This document shows positions 37,354 to 46,115 of a DNA stretch of 64,000 bases, piece after piece (within the stretch, counting starts at the first letter, position 1; every line of letters begins with the position of its first letter). This stretch comes from Candidatus Spongiisociaceae bacterium. Its GTDB lineage: Bacteria > Actinomycetota > Acidimicrobiia > Spongiisociales > Spongiisociaceae. The translations under genes were made by a program, and so were the position numbers. The notes under the pieces were generated by a model. The model was not told the origin of the DNA and did no database searches. It saw only the letters and a program-made list of their open reading frames with translations. The DNA is taken from the NCBI GenBank assembly GCA_965262915.1, contig OZ253564.1:2144001-2208000 (forward strand). The letters run 5' to 3'.

Positions 37354-38553
37354 CTACTTCCCGGGTCGCCGGCTACTCCATACGGCGCGGGGTAGCCGCT
37401 TCTCCTTATCGACGAACGGCAGAGTGTCCACGGTCGCCTCATGTGGCGTTCCATCGTGCTCATGCAACAAGACCCTCTTGCCGAACCAGTCATCGTCCGG
37501 CAAAGGCCGATCGAAGCGCGCATAGCCGATTCCCGTATTCAGCGTGGGCGACCACGTTCCGATCGTCACATGCCCGACCGGGCCGTTTTTGAAGTGGACC
37601 TGCATTCCGGCTTCCGGTGCAGCGGTAGCACAGACCAGGCCAAACAGGAGCTGGCTGCGATCGGCCTGTTCCAACGCGGCTCGGCCGACGAAGTCTTCTT
37701 TGTCGAGTCTGACAAACTGCCCGAGACCTGCACCGAACGGTGTCAAGTCCGGATCGATATCGCTGCCGTTGTCAAGAATTCCAGACTCGATACGTCGAAT
37801 TCCCATCGACGACCCCGAGCTGAACTTCATGCCAAAAGGCTCACCGCAGGCGAATAGATCATCCCAGAGGGCATCATGATCTGTCGGTCTTGGGCCGCTA
37901 TTGCAGTAGATCTCGATTCCCACTTCCCCTGTCCACCCGGTGCGTGAGACCCACAATGTTTGGCCGCAGACGTCAAAGAATCCAGCGTGAAAGTATTTGA
38001 AGTCGGCCGATAGTCCACCGCCAGTCGCCGCATCCAGCACGTCAAGGGATTTTGGTCCCTGAATCTGTAGTACTCGTGAATTCGGATCGGAGACTTCTAC
38101 ATCAAGCCCGATAGCGTTCGCCTTGAGCCAGCTGGTGAACTTGCCGTTTGCCTTGACATACCAGTAGCGATCTTCCGCCAGTCGCATGACTACTCCGTCC
38201 ATCAGAACAGTGCCATCTTCATTGCAGGCGATGCCGTAGCGACATCGACCGATTCCGAGTGTCTCGACTCTGCACGCGAGGACTCTCTCGAGCAGTCTGG
38301 CAGCATCTGGGCCGATGATCTCGAGCGGTTTCTCCGGAACGTCGTACAACAGGACGCCATGGCGCAACTTCCAATACTGAGGAATAGGGTCCTCGTCATG
38401 GGTCGTCTTGAGCGGATACAGGCGATCGCAGTACAAGCCGAAGACCGTCTCATCAGTCACATATCGGTGAGCAAAGGGTGACTGGGCGAGTCGGAACGAA
38501 CTCAACCGGACCGTATCGAACGATTCGATATAGAAGTGTTTGTCCCCCATCAT
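37354..38553 (-). CDS. GcvT-family aminomethyltransferase (THF-dependent demethylase, DmdA/LigM-like)
   Basis: I.GPDA, C..DG....DG, QIQGPKS, SRTGWTGE.G.EI, RRIESG, KEDFVG; lower GC than flanks. Confidence 0.88.
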   Translation of the reverse strand: MMGDKHFYIESFDTVRLSSFRLAQSPFAHRYVTDETVFGLYCDRLYPLKTTHDEDPIPQYWKLRHGVLLYDVPEKPLEIIGPDAARLLERVLACRVETLGIGRCRYGIACNEDGTVLMDGVVMRLAEDRYWYVKANGKFTSWLKANAIGLDVEVSDPNSRVLQIQGPKSLDVLDAATGGGLSADFKYFHAGFFDVCGQTLWVSRTGWTGEVGIEIYCNSGPRPTDHDALWDDLFACGEPFGMKFSSGSSMGIRRIESGILDNGSDIDPDLTPFGAGLGQFVRLDKEDFVGRAALEQADRSQLLFGLVCATAAPEAGMQVHFKNGPVGHVTIGTWSPTLNTGIGYARFDRPLPDDDWFGKRVLLHEHDGTPHEATVDTLPFVDKEKRLPRAVWSSRRPGK

Positions 38554-38622
38554 CTATACCTCAAATACGGGATAGGCGAAGTGTTTATGATAGCAGAACA
38601 GTGAGAACCTGAGCGCGCCGCT

Positions 38623-39987
38623 TTAGTACAGTTCCAAGTACTCGTTGGTCTCCCAGGCGCTGATCCCGTCGGTGCGCTGCGAGTCCGGGTCCTCGTCCTC
38701 CTCCGCGGCGTACCTTCCCAACTCGTAGCGCCGGACGGCCAGCATCGCGTCCTTGAACTCCTGACCGAAGAACTCGGTGGTGGCGGCGCTGGCCTCGAAG
38801 TGGTCCAGTGCCTCTCCGAGCGTGGCAGGAAGCTTCTCCAGAGACTCGTCTTCTTCCGCCGGTACCCCCTTGCGCGAGGGCGGCGGCGGTTCCAACCCCC
38901 TCTCGATCCCGTCCAAACCGGCGGCCAGGATGGCGGCGCCGGCCAGGTAGGGGTTCATCAAGGCGCTGGGGGACCGGGTCTCGACCCGGGTGGCGTCCGG
39001 ACCGGCTGCCTTCACCCTGAGGAGGGCGGAGCGGTCCTCCAATCCCCAGGAGATGTTGGTGGGGCTGAAGGTGTGGGTCCGGCGTCGTCGGCGGCAGTTG
39101 ATGGTGGGGGCGAGCAATGCGTCGATGGCGTTGGCATGGGTGATGAGTCCGGCCACGAACTGGAGGCCCACCTCGCTGAGTCCCTGGTCGTGGGATTCGT
39201 CGGCCATCACGTTCTGGCCGCTGTCCTTGTCCACCAGCGACATGTGGATATGGCAGCCGTTGCCTGAATGATCCACCCACGGCTTGGTCATGAAGGTGGC
39301 CACGTACCCGTCCTGGTGGGCGATCTGCTTCACGCCGTTCTTGAACGTGAAGGCCTTGTCGGGGCCGTCGAGGCCGCGGCCGGGGGTGAAGTTGATCTCC
39401 CACTGCGACCCGGCGTACTCGCAGTTGGAGGTGATGATGTCGATACCCACGCCGGGCATCAGGTCCACGATCCTGTTGATCGTCGGGACCCACTCGTTGC
39501 GGACCACGTTGAAGATGTGGTACCCCTCGAAGAGGCGCTCGTGGGTCTCGCCGTCGAGGAGGTAGAACTCGAATTCGCACCCGGTCATCGGTTCGAACCC
39601 CATGCTGTGGGCCTTCTCGAGGACCCGGCGGTATACGGCCCGCGGTGTGGCCTCGAGGGTCTTGCCGTCGTACCACTGGGCATCGCAGATCAGGCGGGCG
39701 GTCTCGGGCGCCCAGGGCACGGTGGCGGCGGTGGTTGGATCGGGGAACAGCAACTGGTCTCCGTAGCCGACCTCTTCGTTGTAGAGACTTCCGGGAACTA
39801 CATCGGAGCGTGTGTCGAGAACCGCGGCGCCCCCGTACATGTTGAGGCCCCTGCGTGCGAAGCCAGGGGCGGCGTTGAGAGGCACGATCTTGGTGCGGGA
39901 GGTGCCATGCAGGTCGGGCAACTCGAAGCGTACCCGCTTGATTCCCTGTGATTCCCAGTCGTCGAAGATCTGATCGAACTCGGACAC
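38623..39987 (-). CDS. Glutamine synthetase-like protein
   Basis: DLHG..R.K, EFEFYL, E....QWEIN, ATFM.KP, SGNGCH.H.S, NPYL; GTG after GAGGAGG. Confidence 0.9.
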   Translation of the reverse strand: MSEFDQIFDDWESQGIKRVRFELPDLHGTSRTKIVPLNAAPGFARRGLNMYGGAAVLDTRSDVVPGSLYNEEVGYGDQLLFPDPTTAATVPWAPETARLICDAQWYDGKTLEATPRAVYRRVLEKAHSMGFEPMTGCEFEFYLLDGETHERLFEGYHIFNVVRNEWVPTINRIVDLMPGVGIDIITSNCEYAGSQWEINFTPGRGLDGPDKAFTFKNGVKQIAHQDGYVATFMTKPWVDHSGNGCHIHMSLVDKDSGQNVMADESHDQGLSEVGLQFVAGLITHANAIDALLAPTINCRRRRRTHTFSPTNISWGLEDRSALLRVKAAGPDATRVETRSPSALMNPYLAGAAILAAGLDGIERGLEPPPPSRKGVPAEEDESLEKLPATLGEALDHFEASAATTEFFGQEFKDAMLAVRRYELGRYAAEEDEDPDSQRTDGISAWETNEYLELY

Positions 39988-40099
39988 CTTCCCAACCTCC
40001 TCGTGGCCGGCCCTCCGCTCAGGCATGTCAAAGGCCCTCGCCGTGCGAGGACCGATTATAAGGGGTTGGCAGGCTGCCGTTCTTCGAGTGGCGACCACC

Positions 40100-40134
40100 A
40101 CCACGGAATACGGACCACCGACCACGGAACAACG
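40100..40134. repeat. Degenerate period-7 repeat (ACCACGG-like)
   Basis: accacgg aatacgg accaccg accacgg aacaacg. Confidence 0.55.
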
Positions 40135-40152
40135 ACCGGGTATAGTCGGCCG

Positions 40153-41499
40153 ATGACGACATCACACCCCCGCGAATCGGCGGTTTTCTACCGCAGTCCC
40201 GACGACGAATACCCCATGATCGTGCGCGCCGAGGGATTCCACCTGTGGGACTCCTCCGGCAAGAGGTACCTCGACCTCTCTAGCGGCATATCGGCTACCG
40301 CAGGAATCGGCCAGGGCAGGCCGGAGATAGCCGAGGCTATGGCTGCCCAAGCGCGAACCCTGTCCTTCGTCCACAACTCACGGGTAACCAACGACCAGCA
40401 GGAGTTGCTGGCCGCCCGCCTGGCGGAACTGGCCCCGGAAGGAGTCGGAAAGGTGATGTTCACCTCCGGCGGGTCGGAGGCGAACGAGCTGTCTATTCGC
40501 ATAGCGCGCCAGTACCACTTGTCCCGGGGCGACTGGGAGCGGATCAAGATCGTGGCGCTCGCGCCGAGCTATCACGGCGCCACGGTCGGGGCACTGTCGA
40601 TGACCGGCCGCTGGGATGTGAACCGCGCCTACGACCCGCACCTGATGCACACGGTCAAGGTGACGGCGCCGGTCGGCTTCCGGGGGCCCTTCGCCGGTCT
40701 GGATGGCGAAGCCCTCGCCGAACGCGCGGCATCCGCCGTGGAGGACGCCATCGAAGCGACCGGGCCTCATACCGTGTCGGCGTTCATGGGCGAGCCGGTA
40801 TCCCCATCGGCGGGCATGCCCGTGCCGCCTGCTTCGTACTGGCAGAAAGTGCGCGACATATGCGATCGGCACGGGATCCTCCTCATCACCGACGAGATCG
40901 TGACCGGCGCCGGACGAACCGGCGAGTTCCTGGCCATGGAACACTTCGGGGTGGTACCCGATCTCTGCAACCTCGCCAAGGGACTCAGCGGGGGTTACAT
41001 GCCTCTGGGAGCGACGCTCGTAAGGAACGAGATCGTCGGCGAGATAGCGGTCCAGAATCGCCGCATGGCCGAGGTTCACACGTTCAGCGGCGCCCCGGTT
41101 TCCTGCGCGGTGGGTTTGGCGGTACTCGAGGTCATAATCCGGGAAGGCCTGGTCGAGCAGGCTGCCAAGCGGGGGGCCTTCCTCCGCTCCCTGCTCGAGC
41201 ACGAGTTGGGCCACCTGCCCGTCGTGGGTGAGATCCGCGGTATCGGCCTCATGCAGATGGTCGAGTACGTGCGGTCGCGAGACGGCCGTGAGAAGTTCCC
41301 GGCGGAGTCGAAGGTGGCCGCATCGCTGTCCGCCGCCATGTACGAGCGTGGGGTGGTGCTGAACACGCTCGGCTCGCAGAGTGCCCTGGTGGGGGATTGC
41401 ACGGTCTTCTTCCCGGCGCTGACGATCGGCGAATCGGACCTCGAGCAAGGGGTTAGCGTGCTTCGCGAGGTGTTGGAGGATCAGCATGGCCGATGGTGA
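40153..41499 (+). CDS. Class III aminotransferase
   Basis: YLD.SSG, SGGSEANE, SYHG.T, DEIVTG.GRTG, AKGLSGGY.P, HTFSG. Confidence 0.93.
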   Translation: MTTSHPRESAVFYRSPDDEYPMIVRAEGFHLWDSSGKRYLDLSSGISATAGIGQGRPEIAEAMAAQARTLSFVHNSRVTNDQQELLAARLAELAPEGVGKVMFTSGGSEANELSIRIARQYHLSRGDWERIKIVALAPSYHGATVGALSMTGRWDVNRAYDPHLMHTVKVTAPVGFRGPFAGLDGEALAERAASAVEDAIEATGPHTVSAFMGEPVSPSAGMPVPPASYWQKVRDICDRHGILLITDEIVTGAGRTGEFLAMEHFGVVPDLCNLAKGLSGGYMPLGATLVRNEIVGEIAVQNRRMAEVHTFSGAPVSCAVGLAVLEVIIREGLVEQAAKRGAFLRSLLEHELGHLPVVGEIRGIGLMQMVEYVRSRDGREKFPAESKVAASLSAAMYERGVVLNTLGSQSALVGDCTVFFPALTIGESDLEQGVSVLREVLEDQHGRW

Positions 41500-42460
41500 G
41501 ATCACTCTCGGGAAGATCGTTGACGCTCACGAGCGCATGGACCCACCTGTGCGGGTCACACCGATCCTCCCGGTGGCCCGGTCCTCGGGCGAGGTGGGGC
41601 GGGAGCGTCTCTTCCTGAAGGCCGAAAACCTGCAGGTGACCGGGTCTTACAAGGCCCGGGCCGCCTTCCACATCCTCCGCTCCCTCGACGACGAGCGCCG
41701 CCGGAAGGGCATCGTCATGTCCTCGTCGGGGAACTTCGCCCAGGCTTTCGCCTATGCCGGACCGGTTGTCGGGTCGCCGGTGGCCATCGTCATGCCCGAC
41801 TACACGGCTGACGTAAAGGTGCAGTCAACCCGGGACTACGGCGCGCAGGTGGTTCTCTGCCCGACGTTTGCCGATCGGGATCCAACCGTCGAGCGGCTGG
41901 CGGCGGATCAGGGGATGATCGCCCTGCACTCGTTCGAGGACCCCGAAGTTCCGATCGGTCATGCCGGCATCGGCTTGGAGATCCTCGAACAGGTTCCCGA
42001 TGTCGAGACGGTGCTGATACCCATCTCGAGCGGCGGGCTGGCGGCCGGTATCGCGGTGGCGATCAAAGAGAACAGGCCGGACGTGGCGGTCCTCGGAGTC
42101 CAGCCGGAGGGCGGTAACGCGGCATACGTGTCGTGGCAGGCCGGGGAAGTGAGAACCATCGAGCACTGGGACTCCATGGCGGACGCGCTTTCGGGCCGGC
42201 GGCCGGGGGTGCTTCCTTTCCGTTACCTACAGCGCTACCTCGACGACATCCTGCTGGTGACCGAGGAGGCCATAGCGGAGGCGGTCAGGACGATCCTGTT
42301 CCGCACCAAGACCCTCGCCGAGCCGGGAGGGGCGACCGCCGCGGCGGCTTTCCTCGACGGCTTGGTGGACAACGACCGGGTGACCGTGGCGATCGCGTCG
42401 GGTGGCAACATCCAGCCCGTCATCCTGGAGAAGATCCTGGCGGGGACCGGTGGTGGTTGA
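41486..42460 (+). CDS. Threonine/serine dehydratase-like PLP enzyme (fold II)
   Basis: KAENLQ.TGSYK.R, SSGNFAQ, SSGGL, EP.GA, SGGN. Confidence 0.9.
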   Translation: MADGEITLGKIVDAHERMDPPVRVTPILPVARSSGEVGRERLFLKAENLQVTGSYKARAAFHILRSLDDERRRKGIVMSSSGNFAQAFAYAGPVVGSPVAIVMPDYTADVKVQSTRDYGAQVVLCPTFADRDPTVERLAADQGMIALHSFEDPEVPIGHAGIGLEILEQVPDVETVLIPISSGGLAAGIAVAIKENRPDVAVLGVQPEGGNAAYVSWQAGEVRTIEHWDSMADALSGRRPGVLPFRYLQRYLDDILLVTEEAIAEAVRTILFRTKTLAEPGGATAAAAFLDGLVDNDRVTVAIASGGNIQPVILEKILAGTGGG

Positions 42461-42481
42461 GCGAATGACACGAGGTGAGCG

Positions 42482-43282
42482 ATGAGTGAGTCGCGTCCGC
42501 GCATAGGGATTGTCGGGTTCGGCCTCATCGGTTCCTACGTGTACCGCCAGATCGTCACCCGACCGGAACTCGGGCTCGATGTGGCGTTCGTGCACAACCG
42601 CAGTCCGGGGAGGGTCGCGCATCTGCCCCCGGAGACGGTCCTTGACGATCTCAGGGACTTTGCCGGGCGCGAGCCCGATCTGGTGGTCGAACTGGCCCAT
42701 GCGTCTGTGACGGTGGCCCACGGCACGGCATTTCTACGCCACACCGACTACATGCCCCTCTCTCTCACCGCCCTCGCCGACGCCGAGCTGGAACGCGCTC
42801 TCCTGGACACGTCCCGGGCCCATGGCACCCGGTTCTACATTCCTCACGGGGCGGTCGTGGGATTGGAGGCCATTGCCGAAGGTCGGGACCAGTGGGACGA
42901 GGTGACCATGGTGATGCGCAAGAGCCCTTCGAGCATCGACTTCACCGACCACCCCACCCTCACGGCCGACGAGATCTCGGGCGACACGGTGATCTACGAC
43001 GGCCCCACCAGGGGTATCTGCCCGTTGTTTCCCCGCAACGTCAACTCGCACGCGGCGCTGGCCCTGGGAGGCATCGGATTCGACCGGACCAGATCGGTGC
43101 TGGTTGCCGTGGCGGATTCCCACACGTCCGACATCGAGATCATCGCCCGTGGCGAGGCTGCCGATCTGACGATCAGGCGGGTCAGCCCCATGAAAGGCGT
43201 CAGCGGTATGTTCACCCTCATATCGGCCCTCGGCAGCGTCGTGCGGGCCAAGAGCCCGGGCGCTGGACTACAGATCTGCTGA
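42482..43282 (+). CDS. Aspartate dehydrogenase (NadX)-like protein
   Basis: IGIVGFG.IG, VVE.A, GA..GL, RK.P, FP.NVN. Confidence 0.85.
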   Translation: MSESRPRIGIVGFGLIGSYVYRQIVTRPELGLDVAFVHNRSPGRVAHLPPETVLDDLRDFAGREPDLVVELAHASVTVAHGTAFLRHTDYMPLSLTALADAELERALLDTSRAHGTRFYIPHGAVVGLEAIAEGRDQWDEVTMVMRKSPSSIDFTDHPTLTADEISGDTVIYDGPTRGICPLFPRNVNSHAALALGGIGFDRTRSVLVAVADSHTSDIEIIARGEAADLTIRRVSPMKGVSGMFTLISALGSVVRAKSPGAGLQIC

Positions 43283-43307
43283 TCGGGGTCCGTGACCCGG
43301 CGTCGGC

Positions 43308-43342
43308 CTGACTACCGACTACCGACACCTGGCACCTGGCAC
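43308..43342. repeat. Period-7 repeat between convergent genes
   Basis: ctgacta ccgacta ccgacac ctggcac ctggcac. Confidence 0.65.
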
Positions 43343-44140
43343 CTACTCATACCAGCCCACGCATCCGGGATAGATGTTGCCGCGGACGGGGATCATGCGG
43401 TGGGTGAACCACCCGCTCTCCTGGTCGGTGTAGGTGCAGCGTCCGCTGAAGTAGATCGTGACCAGCCCGCGCCGGGAGTGATCCGACGCGTTCGGTCCGC
43501 TCATGTGGATGGTCTCGCAGTGATGGATGCATGCGTCACCCGCCCTGAGCTCGACCGGCTCGAAGGCGAGTTCGTCGGGGTCGAGGTCCGGGGCCGCTCC
43601 ACCGAACAGGGCGTCCTTGCTGAAGTCCCGGTCGTGCCTGAAGACCTGGCGGTGGCTGCCGGGGACGAACTGGGTGCATCCCCGTTCAAGGGTGGAGTCG
43701 TCCAGTGCCAGCCATACCGAGAGCTTGCCCTTCCCGGACCAGAAGACGTCCCAGTAGGCGTTGTCCTGGTGGGGCGGCGCGGCGCTCCCGCCGGGAGGTT
43801 TCAGGAAGGTCTGGTCGGTGTAGTAGACGATGTCCGGACCGATCAGGTCCTCCACCACGTCGAGCGTCTTGGCCCGCAGAGTGTAGGTGTCGAGGAGTTC
43901 CCGGCTGGCGTGGGCGGCGTGCATGAGCGCCCGGAACTTCTCGGTCCGCGGGATGTCGGTCCGGTCGGCGAGGACCGGGTCGACATCGACGTGGATGTTC
44001 TCGTCAGGAGGGTCCTGCTCGACGAGGCGGTCCATGATCCTGCGGATGTCGGCGAGTTCGCCGGCGTCGACGAAGTTCTCGACTCTCAGGAACCCGTTAC
44101 GCTCCCAGGCACCGATCTCTTCCACAGTGAGTGCTTTCAT
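43343..44140 (-). CDS. Phytanoyl-CoA dioxygenase family (PhyH) protein
   Basis: KPPG, HQD..YW, W.ALDD...E.GC..F.PGSH, H.S.PN.S...RR. Confidence 0.92.
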   Translation of the reverse strand: MKALTVEEIGAWERNGFLRVENFVDAGELADIRRIMDRLVEQDPPDENIHVDVDPVLADRTDIPRTEKFRALMHAAHASRELLDTYTLRAKTLDVVEDLIGPDIVYYTDQTFLKPPGGSAAPPHQDNAYWDVFWSGKGKLSVWLALDDSTLERGCTQFVPGSHRQVFRHDRDFSKDALFGGAAPDLDPDELAFEPVELRAGDACIHHCETIHMSGPNASDHSRRGLVTIYFSGRCTYTDQESGWFTHRMIPVRGNIYPGCVGWYE

Positions 44141-44286
44141 GCTCCCTATGTTCCCTCTCGACGGATACGGAACTTTACCAAGAGCGATGAGCCGATCGGC
44201 TCACGTCGCCACAAGGGACGTTCACGAGGATCACCGATCACAGGAGTTGGACCCGGCGACCAACCAGCGGCCATCGGCCACCGTCG

Positions 44287-45078
44287 ATGACTGATCGCAG
44301 GCTTCAGAACCGCTTCGATCTGGTTCTGGCCGAGGCTTTCCGCCAGACCATCCGCAACTGCGGGGGCGAGATCTGGGAGGCGAACGGTGTGGTCTCGTGG
44401 GCCGGTTCGCTCACCCAGGCCTCGCCCGCCCACGCCAACGGAGTGATGCGCCTCAACCGGCTGATGTCCGGGCGCGAGGTCCTGGGCATAACCTCCGGGT
44501 TCTTCCGGGCGAGAGGCCACGGGTACACGGTGCTGGTGCGAGCCGACGACCGGGCTCTCATCGCGGAGATCGAGAGAGCCGGCTGGACGATGGACACCGA
44601 GCACGCAGCGATGGTGCTGGCCGAGCCGCTTGCCGGGGCGCATACCGAGGACGGGGTGGAGATCCGTCGGGTCAAGGACCCTACGGGGATGCTGGAGTTC
44701 TGCGCCACCGTAACCGCAGGATTGGGGTCGGGCCAGGACGTGCAGCGGTTCGTGAACGTGGCCCTACGGCGGATCCAGGCACTGTTGGGTCCCACCAAGG
44801 CGGCCTTCGTGGCGTACGAAGAGGGGACTGCCGCGGCCAGCGTCCTGTCAATGCTCATTGAGGGTGTGGTCTTTCTCGGGTGGATATGCACCAAGCCGGA
44901 TCACCGCCGCCGAGGGCTCGCCACCGCGGTTACCAGTGCCGCCATCCGGGCCGGTCTCGAGCAGGGTGCGACCCTGGCCGCCGTGTTGAGTCCTCTCCCG
45001 GCGGCACCGATGCCGGCTGCCATGGGGTTCCAGGAGGTAGGGCGGTACAGGGAATACGTGTTCCCGCCGCGGGGATAA
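44287..45078 (+). CDS. GNAT family acetyltransferase
   Basis: I.T.P.HRRRGLATA motif A; MGF..VG. Confidence 0.8.
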   Translation: MTDRRLQNRFDLVLAEAFRQTIRNCGGEIWEANGVVSWAGSLTQASPAHANGVMRLNRLMSGREVLGITSGFFRARGHGYTVLVRADDRALIAEIERAGWTMDTEHAAMVLAEPLAGAHTEDGVEIRRVKDPTGMLEFCATVTAGLGSGQDVQRFVNVALRRIQALLGPTKAAFVAYEEGTAAASVLSMLIEGVVFLGWICTKPDHRRRGLATAVTSAAIRAGLEQGATLAAVLSPLPAAPMPAAMGFQEVGRYREYVFPPRG

Positions 45079-45216
45079 GCGTCGCATGATCAGTGCTTGA
45101 CATCGGTTGCTTCGAATGTGGCGATCGGGTACGGGCTCCGACCGATGACCCTGTTTTGTACATCTCCCCGCCCTGGTCTCCTACTCAGGCTCCCCATCTT
45201 GTATATGATGTACGTC

Positions 45217-45507
45217 ATGGTGACCGTCACCGTCAGTCAGGCAAGAGGGACGATATCTCACCTAGTCGATCGCGTTCTCGAAGGTGAGGAGGTCACGTTG
45301 ACTCGATATGGTCGGCCTGTCGCGGTGCTTGTCCGGCCCGATAGGTTGGCGAGTCGTCGTGGCGCAGAGTCCCTCGACCCCTCAGTAGTCATCGACTATG
45401 CCCTCTCCCAGGGTAAGAAGGCCCACCTCACGGATCTTGCGGGTCTCTCTGTCGAACGTGCCGAGGCGCTCGTAGCCGAAGTAAGAGCCTCCCGCGCACG
45501 CCGCTAG
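45217..45507 (+). CDS. Phd/YefM family antitoxin
   Basis: VTVSQAR..IS.LVDRV..GEEV.LTR.GRPVAVLV. Confidence 0.9.
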   Translation: MVTVTVSQARGTISHLVDRVLEGEEVTLTRYGRPVAVLVRPDRLASRRGAESLDPSVVIDYALSQGKKAHLTDLAGLSVERAEALVAEVRASRARR

Positions 45508-45516
45508 GTCCCACCC

Positions 45517-45987
45517 GTGGATGCATTTGATGCCGACGCATTGATCTATGCGGCCGCACCGGGGCACGAATTGGGACGAAGGGTCTTGGCTCTCTTCCCT
45601 TCCGAACCTCCGGAGACTACGGGGAGCGCCGCCGGGATCGGATCGGTCTACCTGATGCCGGAAGTGCTGATCAGACCGGTCCGTAACCAAGACCTTGACG
45701 AGTCGGTTGCTCTGGGCGCGCTGCTCGCCCGGCTCGATCTGCGTCCCGCGGACGATGCTACCGGTCGGCTAGCCGTCATCCTCGGCGCCAAGTACGGGCT
45801 CCTTGCCGGGGATGCGATCCACCTCGCAACGGCGGTCCAAGCCGGGGCACGGCGATTCATCACCAACAACAGCAGGGACTTCCCGAAGTCGATCACGGAG
45901 ATCAGCATCACGTATCCGGCTGATCTTCCCGACCCGACGGCTCAGGAGGGTGCTGAGAAACCCCGTGCAAAGGGGTTCGCCGGCTAG
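45517..45987 (+). CDS. vapC: PIN domain (VapC) toxin
   Basis: FDADALIY, PEVL, L.AGDAIHLATA, FITN..DF. Confidence 0.88.
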   Translation: MDAFDADALIYAAAPGHELGRRVLALFPSEPPETTGSAAGIGSVYLMPEVLIRPVRNQDLDESVALGALLARLDLRPADDATGRLAVILGAKYGLLAGDAIHLATAVQAGARRFITNNSRDFPKSITEISITYPADLPDPTAQEGAEKPRAKGFAG

Positions 45988-46055
45988 CCCATAACACTCA
46001 GACCAGGTAGTTTGCCAACCCGCGAACCCCGCAAGATTCGTTTTTCAGCACCCTC
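45946..46055. mobile_element. 110-bp MITE-like element with IS5/IS1182-like ends
   Basis: TIR GAGGGTGCTGAGAAAC (45946-45961) vs GTTTTTCAGCACCCTC (46040-46055), 15/16 match; inner IR 45972-45988 / 46014-46030; flanks TCAG and CCAG. Confidence 0.65.
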
Positions 46056-46115
46056 CCAGGAACTCTCCACGCGGCGGGCCATTCGTATAGGGACCGGCCG
46101 CCCGTAGACTGACCG

